Shown here piece by piece: positions 47,121 through 60,431 of a DNA stretch of 64,000 nt. Every line of letters begins with the position of its first letter. The first letter of the stretch is position 1. The DNA lies in contig CM120647.1 in NCBI GenBank assembly GCA_051362555.1, forward strand, positions 9,424,001 through 9,488,000. Reading direction: 5' to 3'. The notes under the pieces are model-generated. The model was not told the origin of the DNA. It searched no databases and was given only the letters and a program-made list of their open reading frames with translations. The DNA comes from Lingula anatina (taxonomy: Eukaryota > Animalia > Brachiopoda). Made by a program: the position numbers and the translations under genes.

Positions 47121-50100
47121 CATGTATGGAATAAAAATGTGCAAATTAATGGAACCGGACTCTCTATCATGGGAAGGGGGGGTGCTCTGTCACGTCATAC
47201 CGGCTTTCCCAGGTATTTCTTGTCATATTTGTGTGTATGTTTTATACATGTAGTTGCGCGTCCATTCTGTACAGTGAACGCAAAAAATGTATTGAATCCG
47301 TTAGGGTTCAAATGACTTTCTTATGTTTAGTACATGAATTAAAACGGTTCAAATATATTCAGTTGTACCTAGTAGATTCAAGCGATCCTTTGTAACATGT
47401 ACAGTACGGTATAATTACGCATACCTTCTACTGATAAAAAAAAAGATAGAGAAATCAGGGTTTAAACAGTAATTTAAAATGTAAATGAGGTATGGTGCAA
47501 AACAGATGTTAACGAGAGGGGACTGGAAATGTGTTTAATCAGCAGCTATGGAGCAGCTGGTCTTCTTCTTCATCTTCTTTGACTTTCGGTTTTGCCCATT
47601 CGAAGTGGTCACCAGCGCGGATAGCACGCTTCCATGCACCTACTGGTACATCGGTCTTGCGTTTGGTCCCCCCTCTACTCTAAGACCCCATTCCCATACC
47701 TAGATCAATCTAGAAGGATCGACCCAAATCCGAGGAGTTTCTCGCTAAATTGCACTGAGCTTAAGCGGCCCTGATGTCTGGGGCGACTACTGAAGCTGTT
47801 AGGGGGTAATAAACTATCGTTTAGCAGCTTCAGTGGGCGTGCCACACATCTAAGTCGCTTAAGCTATTAATAATCTAATATTAATGCCATTCACTTTGCC
47901 TTTAATGTATTTCCATCCCTTAACATCGCACAACATATATAAGCGTCTTTTTTAGGGTTTGGCTGCGCACCACATATACATGGACTGGTACGTGTACCTG
48001 GTGGACCCAGGCATGGATTTTGGCTTTTGTTCCCCTTTTCTGTCTGTTCCCCGAATGTTTTCTTTTAGCGCCTTGGCGATCACCGGGAATATTTGTATTT
48101 ACAGGGGCTTGTAAAGTTTGAGACGACCGATGAAACGTGTATCATTCGATGATATGTCATTTATCAAAATAATGTATTTCATTGCCATAAAATTGATTTC
48201 CTTTCAAGTCAAAAGTACGAGTCCGTGCGCGCGATTTGCACCGAACTTGCACATATGTCTGAGTTCAAGAGCCCTCCTACTTTTATATGACACGTGCAGC
48301 GTAATTTCAAATCAACTCAGTCACTGAAAACATCCAGCGCCCCGTACGCTCCAGGATCGAACCGGCTGGAACCATATAATCCACATCGAGTAAACTCGAC
48401 TTTAGGACTTACCCTCAGTTCTGCGTCAGTACTTGTAAGTTTGTGATTGTAATGATCTGCTCGCGCTACTGACTGTGCGTCAACTGGACCAACTGGACCC
48501 AAACATAACAAGAGACACCGACACGCAAAGAACAGCTTTCCTAAGCGCCAGTGTAGAACAGATAATTTTTCCACAAAATCCTCCCGTTCCCTGTGGCCTT
48601 AGAAAGATGGATTTCGCCAAGGCCCAGCACCCTGTGGGGAATTTGAAGATAGATCTATGCGCAGCTCACGCGCTCTCATCTGCAGGCTCAAATAAGTGAT
48701 CCTTTTCAGGGGCGGATCAAGAATTGTTTGGGGGGGGGGTCCGTTTTTTTTTATTTTTTTTTAGGGATTGACAGGCATACCCTAGGCGTCAGGTTGGGGG
48801 AACGCTCGAGAGCCCCGAAAAAAAATTTTAAAGTGTTTTTTTTTATAAATCAGAAATCAAAGGGGGGGGGGGTGTCAGGAGTATCTGTAGAGTTTCATAC
48901 AGTGTTGTGGGTTAATATTCCTTGAGAGTCCCATAGAGTCTTAAGAAATTTCACGAGGTCAACATCTGAGAATTAGTCCTAAAACGTATTTTGGCAAATG
49001 ACTCCTTATCACGGCCTTGGGTCTTCTAAACATGGTTCAATGACACCAGATTATAAATAATTAGCATACACCCGAGACTTCCATGTTAAAAATATGTACA
49101 GCAGCTGAATTGGTCTCACGACGTCGATTAGGTAAAATTACATTGAAAAGGAGTAATGTAAATCTGTAATTTGATTTGTGAGCGTGATGGTGTTTTCGTG
49201 GGGGAAAAAAACACGTAATTCTTTATTCAGCTCTCTCTCTCTCTCTCTCTCTCTCTTCTTTGAATTAATCTTTAAAGCGCATGTCTCATCATACGGATTA
49301 TACAACAGAAAAATCAAGTATCATGTTTATGAACTCATAAATCATGTTTTACATCTCAATCCCCCCCCCCTCACCACCGAAGGCAGATACAAGGGAGGGC
49401 GGTGAGGCAGGGGGCTATGATAATCTTTAATCTTTTTCCCAATCAAATTAGCGAATTCAGCTGTAGAACATACAGTACGTCGCAGATAGGAATCTTAGTG
49501 GACGTACGTTGTGGGCCCTCCACCGAAATAAAAAAAGGGCAAAGACTGAGACCCACAGGTTTGTTTTATTAACTCAGAAGCGCCAAATACCCCTGTTTTT
49601 AGTGCACCTTATTTTGTAGACGTTTTATACAAAGTAGAATGGAGATACTTGTTGTTCTCTCTACCAGCTCTAGGCAAGCTGGGCGATGACGTCATTTTTT
49701 TTGTGCAACATTCTTCACTAGACAGTACAGACATGTTAACAGACAACATACAGTAGCGCATTTAGGGAGGGGCTGTCAAGGAGGTCCTGATTCCCCCCCC
49801 CCTTTCGATTTCTGAAAAAAAAGTCACACCAATGGTGCCCTCGTAAAATTAGAATTTTGACTAGCTGAATTATAGTTCTGAACCGTACGAAACAGCACCG
49901 TTCGCCTTCTAAAATACCAAAAATTTTCGGAGCCATTCAGCGGGCCTCGAACCCCACGCCAAGGGAAGGGGGGGGGGAGCGGCTTTGAATCCGCGCCACC
50001 CCCCTCCCCCACCCGCTTCAAATAACCCTGGATCCGCCCCTGAACATATATGTGGACAGCCAATGGGCAGCCAGAGAAATACCTAGGGAATTCTAGTGAA

Positions 50101-53100
50101 AAACTTTCTCTCTTCGATCCCGGAAAAGGTTAATAGATAGGAAGAATATATGGGACAAAAATGAAAGAAATCTCCTTTCCTTCCCCCCCCCCGTCTGATA
50201 TTCAGCTTGCACCCCCCCTACAACGCGCCACAAAATAATATACACAAATGTAGCAGACAGTGTTATTGTACAAGTTATGTACATTCATATAACTAATGGC
50301 GATTTCTTCCTATTATAATCCATAATAATATCATCACGCCGTGTATGCTATGCAGAAATGTTCATGTCTACAGGTTTCAAGGTCACAGTACTGTAGGCAG
50401 AATCGAATGTATCTAACAGGTGAAATGAAGTTGATATAGAGGATATTTTCCCTGTGTTTTTCCCCGGTGGGATGTTCTTTGATAAAGTCAAATCTGGCCA
50501 TTGGGAAATCGTGTGAAATGGTTTTCAGATACATAACTTCTTGTACATTTTATCGTGCTGGTTTCCTCCCCTTTGTTTAAAAAGCCCAGACGTCTTCTCT
50601 CTCTCTCTGTGTGTGCGTGTGTGTGCGTGTGTGTGTGTGTGTGTGTGTGCGTGAGGTGTATGTTAATGCGGTGCACGTGTGCTTGTGCGTGTGAGTGAGC
50701 ACGTATGGTGGCCGCAGTGATGTCTTAAACACGTAATTACACGTAACCCCACCCTCACCTTTAAAAAAAGACCCAACACCAATAAGGGAGAAAATATGGA
50801 TCAATCGTTGGACCCACCACCGCGCGAACATGAGATAAAACACCCCACTCTTACGCCATATTCCCAGCTATGGCGTGCGGCGTCTGAATCGTGACGTAAC
50901 GCTACAAGCACATCAGCCTAATGCATTACAACATAGATATAAAATGCAGATGTTGAAGTGCCTTCCGTGCAATTATAATACACGGCAGGGATTCTGAGAG
51001 AGAAGACGGTGAAATGCACGCATTCATTATACCACTAATATAGTACAGAGCTGGTATACGATACATTTGGCACGGCACCGGACGCTCGAATATGACTTTA
51101 ATCGGGTTGTTGTACCCTGAAAATCGGTCGTCTGTCTCTAACCGTAATCGACTAGTTTTTCTCAACAAAATCCCTGCTGTATTAGGTATAAGGTCCCCAG
51201 ATCCAGCATGTAATAGTACTGATCGGATTGCCGACCTTGAGAAATGGGCAGAGATACATGTACTAAGCCTTTACTGTTTTTAAACTCTACAACACGTGCT
51301 ATACTAAAATAAATGACATAAAATCGTTTTTTTTTTATTCACCGGGTGTGTAGGTATGTGCTTAAACTGGATGCATAATAGCATAACGCGTATGTCATGG
51401 ACTAGTTTTTTTAAAGTTTATAGAAGGCAAGTGTGGCCCATTCTACAACGCACGTAATTTCCATACACAATGGATATATTTTTCTCTATGAGAATAAAAA
51501 AATGGTATCTATTTCATTCCTGTCAGCATTACACATATTACAATATGATAAAAAGCCGGCTCTTTTAACCTGGGATGTCAATGCAAGCTTGTTATTTATA
51601 TCAGAAACTTAATAACGCCTCCAAGTCTACTGAAATCGATGCATTGAATTAATTCTATTAAATCTGTCTCAATTATTTTTTTTGCAAAAGGATGGAAACA
51701 TGTCTTTTCTATAGTACAAGCTATAGCTACATCTTACTGTCGCCATTAGACAAATATGAAAGTGCACAAAAAGCTGTATTACAGTTCGACGTCTGTGTTT
51801 ATGAAATTGATTCCCAAATAATACATAACACAACAAATGCTGATGAAGAGCTGACAGCGGCTGTTGACGCTTGTAAAATAGACGATCAATTGCGTCGCGT
51901 TGTAGCAGCGCGCTGTAACTCTATTTTTAAGGCTATTTCAGTGCTCCCCTTTCAAACAATGCACCCAAATGATCGGCGACCCAGTACAAATTTATTCTCT
52001 CAACCTAATTCAGTTTTTATTTGTTTTCATTTTTATTGTTTTCTATGAAAATATTGAATTTTATTTCACGCAGATATATTGATAGCTTTGTACAAGCTCC
52101 CGTTTTAGGTACCGAATCGATTCCCACCTGAGGCCGCCTGAAAGCCTCGTTTTGGTAATCGAATTTTCCCACTTACATTGAATAAGTATTGATAATCAAA
52201 ACGAGGCTGCTGTGGGGAATAGATACTGGGAATGGGCTTACAGGTAGTCAAACATAAAGGACGGTGGAATTTGATTGAATACGGCGTACATAACCTTAGG
52301 AATAAGCCGGTAACTGTTTGCAGAACATGCAGGAAAAGGCCTTTCATATATTATTCTATCTCAGGCTGACGGATACGTGAGAAGGAAAGAGAGAACCGCG
52401 TCGCGGTTCTGCTTCATCGCCTGATTACTCCACTTTTGCGCTTCTTCTACGATTTGCTGTCTGGAAGACATATGAATTGACTGCTGAACACTTGTTGGAG
52501 AAACAACGCCCTCAAAAAGATCGGAAGAATTTCTCCATTCTTGGGTCAAGTTGCAGGGGACGACGATTGTTAACAAGGATAAACGCCGGATAATTAAGTC
52601 GGGAAGCCATGTAACAAACTCGACGGGAAAAGAAAAAATCCACAAAAGCACCACAGGACGATACGCAGTTTTTTTACAGGAGTCGATGACGTCATAGACC
52701 ATAGTGCTGCGCTTCCTGAAAGGACTAACAGTTTTGCCTTACAGTAAGATTAAAATCACGCGTCACGTTCCATTCAGCGTTGTCTTTATTCAGCGGTTGA
52801 TTAAGGGAGCTTTAACAATATTAAAACCCAGCATGTAGGGGGAAATTCGTACGTTCCTGTCACGTCTTCTCTGTGGCCGCTGCGTTTAATTAAGTTTCAT
52901 TTTCTCTCGGCCCTCCACGCAACCATGTAGGACATCTTAAAGTGGGAAATTAACCAGAGGAAAGCGATAACCATTCGACGCGTTATCTTAGCGACCACTG
53001 CGGCTCCTTTCTTAACGAAATGGTAAACAAGCTTTTAAAGGTGCCCCAATTGAATTATTAGCAATCTCAAGATAGCGGTCCGTTGTTAAAAAAATAAGAG

Positions 53101-54364
53101 AAAAACAGATCTCACTGAAGGCCAGGAGTCAGTGAAGCAAAGTTTTCTTTAATGGTAATAGTATATCTGTCAGCAAAGCCGCCGCAAACATACGGTCTAG
53201 TTACAAAGTGCCATATACAGCTGTATCCTAATATTTGACATCTGTGTATATTCCGAATTCACCTAGATGGATTGTTAGAACTCGAAACGTAAAAAGGTAA
53301 GGTCATTGTTTTTTCTTTTTTTACCTGTTATTATTTTAGACGCTTTAACCAATTTAACAATTTACGCCTGCTATTGGGACCAGCACTGTTTTTGAAGTTT
53401 TTCCAAATTCTTGTGGAGCAATAATGTGCACTTACGGTACGAAAAACGGCAAGTTAAGATAAAACTCCAATATAACAGTTACATGTAACAGTATGCGCAC
53501 TCTTTGAAACATGGTGTTAAGGGGGACTAAAGTATTTCGTGGAATCGTCACAGGCTGAATTAATATCGTTAGTTCTTTGAAATATACGTCACAAATGCCC
53601 ACAGCGACAAGACCATTAGACTTTCTCATTAGACAGTTAACCCGATGTTAAAATTCAGGGAAAAAGTGCAACTGGTCTTTCGTCTCATCTGGAAAAGGAG
53701 ATGTAGAAAATATTAGGAACTTGACAGGGTGTGAAAGTGATAGGAAAAAACGGTTGACGTCGCCAGGGAAATTTGCACCCAAAGCCGTATAAGCTCCCGT
53801 TATCCATTGACCGCCATGTGGAACACGACGAGTCTTTTTCAAAATAAGTAGAATTATCTTGATTGTAAAAATTTTGCAAACCTGAAGAAGTAACTATATT
53901 TGGTATTATTCCACCTCTACTAGTGTCTTAAGGTCTATACACTTTATAACACACATTAAAATGAGAAACGCTTTATGATATAATTGGCGTCCAGAAAATA
54001 AACAATTATAATTACTTTGTACCAGCAGAGTGATTATAAATTATATGTTTGGTCTGTCAACATATTATTCATTGGTATCAACTTGTTTTTAAAACATGCG
54101 TCTCTTAAACGTAATCCGGTACTGTGAAGTCCAGTTTACAACTCTAGATTGTGAATTCTTTTTTCTGACTGTGTGCATTTTTTCGCCTGCCATATCCTTG
54201 AATAGAGATCACCACCAACCAGCGCAATGCAGAGGCTAGCTATGTTAGTTATGTCAAACGAGAGGGTTATAAAGTCGATTAAGTGCGTCTTTTTTTCGTG
54301 ACGCAAAGGTTATATTATCGTTGAAAAGGTGACAAACAGCGCCCCAGCCACGTGGCAGTGTTAA

Positions 54365-55859
54365 CCCCATAGCGCCGGGAACCGCACATATGCGGTTCAT
54401 TTTAAAAAGTCCTCAGTGCCGGGAACCGCATATACGCGGTTTCTGTGTTTTACATGCTTGTACTGTCCTCTGTCGTCTGTAACAATTCATGCTTCTATCA
54501 CGAGAATAACTCAATGTTAGTTTTTTGTTTACTACCGGCTTTTGAAAGACGTGTAGCAAGAATTAGATAATGAAAAAGCGATTTATTTCAACCATTGTCG
54601 AGGCACTAAGAAGTCAAAATGGCAACGAGAAGTCCGCAGAAATTATGGTTTGAGAAATGTTCTAGTCTTGTTAGAAAATTCAGACTTCGGGGAAGTGTCC
54701 TTGATAGATTTTGATACTCCGATAACTTCAAAGATTATGTACCTTTGGCTAGTATGAGTTGTCAGAGAGCAGATTCGGACGTGGGGCTTGATTTATGAAA
54801 AACGCTGATGATACTAACGGCAGTAACCAAGCAGACGATAATAGTAATTGGAAGGGCTATATTGCTGATAAAATGACTGTAAACGTTCCGTGGCAAGTGA
54901 GGCTAAATGTTGCCTTGTGTGCTGTATCAACATGTCTTTTCCTGCTTGTGCATAAATACAAATGTCATATGTTACGTTGTACTGCATCAACATGTCTTTT
55001 CCTGCTTATGTCTAAGTACAAATGACATATGTTTATTTGTGTGCTGCATCTACATATGGCTTTTCCTGCTTGAGTATAAATACAGATGTAATATGTTTAC
55101 TAGTGCGCTGTATCAACATGTCTTTTCCTGCTTGTGTATTAGAACAAATTCCACGTTTGTTTGTATTTTTATGATGCAATTTTTATTCACGAAAGTGTAA
55201 TATTTGCTCATGATATTGTTTGTATTCTTGTATACATGTATGATTTGAGTGCAAAACAAAATTTTATGAGTATCCTGGTTCAGTTGATTAAAAAACTATA
55301 GAAGAATTATTGAAAAAGGCACTTAATTTACAATCTATTTGAAATTATAAACGTAATTAGGTGGAAGTCTTCCAGTCAGCTAGCCCGCCAGTATTTTGTG
55401 CAACTAGCTGACGTGATGAAGGTTTTTAGGTACAGCACGCATCCCAGGAAATTTATTATAACTCAAAAACTAAATAAGATATCTTTCTGAAATTTTCTGA
55501 CATTATTTAAAATATATTTCGAATCTTTCTGAGAAAATTTCAACAAATTGTTTGGCAAAGTGAAAAAGAATGTGTATGCTGAAATTAAAGTTTTGTTTTT
55601 TACTTCTCTTCGAGAAAAGCAAGTCTCATATTTAAACTCCTGCTATTTCTACCTAAGTTAACAAATATGAATAAAACTGATATGACTTTAAAGCTTACAT
55701 TGTTGGCTTTCTAAAAATGTACAGTTCTTAGGTGTTTTCTAGACAAGTGAATACATTATCATTGCTTAAATGAGGCCGCCTGTAAAATTGAGTGCGTCCG
55801 TGTAGAGGGCTCAGGACCAAGGGCACTTTCTAGGTCAGATGCTGTCAGGCGCTATGGGG
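54365..55859. mobile_element. Non-autonomous piggyBac-like element
   Basis: TTAA-CCCCATAGCGCC ... GGCGCTATGGGG-CTAA (12-bp perfect TIR, one TSD mismatch); subterminal repeat gccgggaaccgca twice; internal ~62-bp tandem units at ~54915-55145. Confidence 0.8.
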
Positions 55860-58160
55860 CTAACAAACTCAAAAGAACCAAACTGATTCGAGTTAAAACG
55901 CTGCGTTTTGTGAGCGGTAATACCTTTCTATTCCGTGAATAACGAAACATAAAAAAAAGAAAACAGACTAAAATAAAAGCTTCAGACACAGCTGAAAAAA
56001 TAGCCGGATTGAAAACACCTGTTTATCTGAGGTTTCTAATAACGGGCATATGTTAGGTCAAGTTATCATTTAAGACTGTATCCTTACCAGATGAGAATAA
56101 TACCATTAGCACCTAAAATTCCAAACTATTTCTAGGGAATGATTCACGTTTTCGTGCCGACCTTTTCCAACATGCAAAAACAAAATTCACGCCGCGGGGC
56201 GTAGGGTATGTAGATTAAGTTTCAACATGAAATATCATTTTACCTGTAGGTAACAATATATAAAAAAAAACGATTAGTTTTAAGCGAAGTTTTGACATCA
56301 AATTTGCTAAGTACGTTGGTGAGGTTATTGTACTGCGATGACCTGCTGTGACGCACCGTCATGAGGATGGTCGATCAAATTTCAGTGGAAATACGACTTG
56401 CGTTCTAAGAATATTCAATTCTTGCTACCCGAAACCCGCCAGTGCTTCAATTTAGAATCATTATGTGTCACTGATTGCTAAGACCGTAAGTTCAAATGCA
56501 TTCTCTCTCTCTCTTTCTTCTCAGTAAGAAACGCTTTTGTACATGTAGGCCAGATGATAAACAGTAGATCTACTTAAGTTGTACGGAGAAAAGTGATACC
56601 AGGGATGATGTTTCTGCAGTTTAAGCAATTTTTATAAAAGATATCCTTTATGTAAGATATCCTTAAAGAAAGGAAAGGGCGCTTTTTGACTTCTGGCTGA
56701 ATATGTATCGTTATATGACACAGTGTAACAATTTGTAAGTAATATTTCTAAATTTACATTCCAAATTTTGTACTCTGTAGATTTAGACAATCCAAATATA
56801 TACACAATAACTACCCTACGTGGATACATCAAACCAAGGAAATATACCGATATAATTCCCTGATCAAACGAACATGTATACAGATGTTCGTCGGAAACGT
56901 CATTTTGACCTACTTCCTCCCCTCCCCCCCCCCCCCCAAAAAAAAAGACCCTATTCAAAGTCGTAGCTATTGGAGCTAATTTGTTTAATTGCTGTTTACA
57001 AACTGACAGAAATCTTGGTGTTAAGGGCTAAGTACAGTGGCAGAAAAAAGACGACCTTTTCAGGCCCCCTGGGGCCGGCGTTCACCCGGACGGACATTGT
57101 CAATATGTCTTTTCTTTAACAAGGCCATAAAAGGGGTTCCTGTTCAGTTCTGAAAACCGTCTCCTTTGTTAGAATTTCATTACATGACGTTGTATTAAAG
57201 GACCAATTAGTTGAGGGAAATTTCAAACAAAGTCCGGACAAAAGATTTAGAGAAATAGATCTGCAACGAAAAAGGAAAACATGTAATTTAGTTACGTGCA
57301 TAAAAGAAAAAAATTGGAAAAGTGGAAAGAAAAATGTAACGAAAAAAAAAAGAAAGCAGGAAAAGGGAAGAACGAAAAAAAGAAAGCAGGAAAAGGGGAA
57401 GAAAGAAAGACAGAAAGAAGGAAAGAATGTGATGGAAGAAAAAAGTACCAATTGGTGATGACATACACTACAAGTAAAAAGAATAGGAAAAATGGCATAT
57501 TAATAAAAAGCACTTCTGAATCACGCCACTGAGATCTGATTTCTCCTGTGTGATATAATGTAATTATGGCATATTAAATTAAGGCTTAACCCAGGGCTTC
57601 CATATAACGGTAAGCATCGCTGTTTCCGCGTGCCGGTGCTATATTGTTTATGCTTTATGACTGAACGCTGCCGTACTGTAGCCGATTAATTAATTTGCGA
57701 AATGTATCTACATTTAATCAATCATAGTAGAAAACTAGGTAATACATGCAGTTATGGCGAGGTATGCATGTCGAACGAGGCGCATATTTCTTCTTGTGGT
57801 TTTATATAAATCCGATCGCTGCCTTGAACGTTAATATCGCAGAAGGGGAAGAGTTACGTCAACACAACGACTCTTGATTTAGGCATCATTTTGGGAGAGA
57901 TGTTTCTTTTGTCTGATGTTTGACTGGTAGGTATTATAAACGTACATAGTTAGGTTATTTTCTGTGTATGAGCTTCTGTTTCTTCTGTTTATCCTATCTC
58001 GCATCTCTTAATAGTGGAGTTCAAGGCATCTTGTAATTAGAAGTACATGTAGGAGAAAACAAACACAAGGATGAGCAAGCCGTGCATGATCCAAGTTGAG
58101 GGGATTTTTAATGTTACGCGTTTAGCGTTTTTGTATCGTATTTATTAGTTATTAACTGTT

Positions 58161-58162
<2 letters not shown>

Positions 58163-58200
<38 letters not shown>
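58163..58200. repeat. (TC)n microsatellite
   Basis: Direct reading. Confidence 0.9.
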
Positions 58201-58203
<3 letters not shown>

Positions 58204-59620
58204 GGCATACATAGGTATCATTATAATTTCACTGCATTCAAACATTATACGTCCATTTTAAAAATTCTAACATCATGGATCAAACAGAATAATGGGAAAT
58301 GATTTATTAAGTAACCGTCAATCCTACACATTCTCAGTATACCGGAGCCATGACGTACCTTTATTGCTAAACAAACATAAACAACAGGGGTCGAAACCTC
58401 GTATTTACCTTAAATAAACAACAACACCGAGGTTATGTTGATAAACAACAAAACTGGACGATATTAAGTCCACGTCGGAAATATATTGATCTAGCAATTT
58501 AGAAAGCGGGAAAAGCAAATAAGCGGGTTTGGATTTATACTGCAGGCACAATGTAGTATGAAAATATTTCTACGCACCTGTTGGGTGGGCTTGTTGTAGG
58601 TTTTTGTAGGGGATATGCAGTATATGGGCGTTTCTATTATATTATAGAGCTAATATCGATAATATCCGACTGCGTTATTTTTTGAGACATATTTTTCTAT
58701 GTGTTTAATTAGTCTTGTTCACTGTCACAAAATTATGATTAGATCGCCAGAAATATACATACATACATTCCGCATCATTGCACGGGCCCAAATGAAAAAC
58801 AAAAACACAGTCAACTGCATATAATCACCACTGCATATATGTACGAGTACTAGTACCTTTTCCGTTTGACTTGAGAACGCATTCTATACCACTGCGCGCT
58901 TAATTTTTCTTACGCACCGAGACGGACTGTTTCACGCTAAACTTCGTTATTATCCTAACATTTCCCAAATACGCAACCTTCCACAGAGCACCATTAATTT
59001 ATAGAAGAAGTTAAAGTTGTTCCAATGTGTTCACAATGCCTCCACTCATCCGAAACGGCGTGAAATGTGACACGGCCACTGATATGTGCTCTTTCTACGT
59101 AATAACACGCTTCAATGCCCCCTGGTGGCGAGAGTATTACGTCACACTCGATGGCTAGACATGTTTGGGGCTGACTACTTAAAGTGGCCACAGCAAAGAA
59201 CACTGTTAAAATCTTTTATATATTAATACGTGAGGTGATAGGGGGAAAGCGGAAGAACGTCCAGTCACTGCGCGGGAGACCTTTGGGCAGAAAAAAAGCT
59301 GACGGTTTTTTTTTCCAAAAGGTAATTGATATATTTAGAGATCGATACGGGATATGTCCCAAAAGTGATTTAGAATAATGAAGACGGGACTGCTGTAAGC
59401 ATTCTTAAAGCATAGGCCTACGTTGGCAGAGCGCACGAGTATAATCTTCAGTTATTCTTCTGACTGCTGTGGTATCTCTCTTTTATTTTCGATACTTTTG
59501 TAGCACTGATTGATGCACCTTTTATTTAATGCTCTGAGATTTGGGGATAAACGATTGGAAGATATTAACGGCGTTTTAAACGGCACAGGCCTGTATGGAA
59601 ATCTTATATTGTGAAAAAAG

Positions 59621-59748
<128 letters not shown>

Positions 59749-60175
59749 GAAAATATAAGAGGTAGAGTTACGGAGACCTTACACGAGCACGGCAATTGTT
59801 AGTTGGTGCTCAGTGGACTGCCTTGATTAATTCACATCATCGATATATTCCCCATATCATGCGAAGAACCGATATATATGACATTGGTATTAAAGATGAC
59901 TCAGTATCAAACAAGATTCCGAGAAAATCGAGTAAGAATTAACTTAATCGCAGAGTAACAAACTGGGTAAGAAGATAATAGACAATATTGGGAGAAAGGC
60001 GATTATTTTGATACCTTTGGTCGATATCAAGTAATTTGATGCTACACGTCTGTGGGATAATTTCGGTTTATTTTCTAGGCTTCTTAGTATACTGCATGGT
60101 CAAATCACTCTATCTTTGTGGATATTCTGTTTCCGAATGCACCCTTAGAGGTAGAGGATAGATAGATAGATAGAT

Positions 60176-60431
60176 AGATCCCATTCCCATGCCTAGATCG
60201 ATCTAACAGAATCGACCCATCTCCGAGGGAATTCTTGCTAAATTTCTCTCAGCTTAAGCGGCTTAGATGTCTGGCACGCCTACTGAAGTGTTAAACGATA
60301 GTTAAGAACCCCCTAACAGCTTCAGTAGCCATGACAGACATCAGAGCCGCTTAAGCTGAAAGTAATTTAGCGAGAAACCCTCGGATAGGGGTCGATCCTG
60401 CTAGATCGACCTAGATTTTGGAACGGGGTCA
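60176..60431. mobile_element. MITE family AGACCCCATTCCC, full copy
   Basis: agatcccattcccatgcctagatcgatc ... gatcgacctagattttggaacggggtca; palindromic interior. Confidence 0.7.

Noticed and set aside
52361-52702. 113-aa ORF (also 51692-52048 and 60778-61110)
   Set aside because: No recognisable motifs or convincing exon boundaries in the frames I read.
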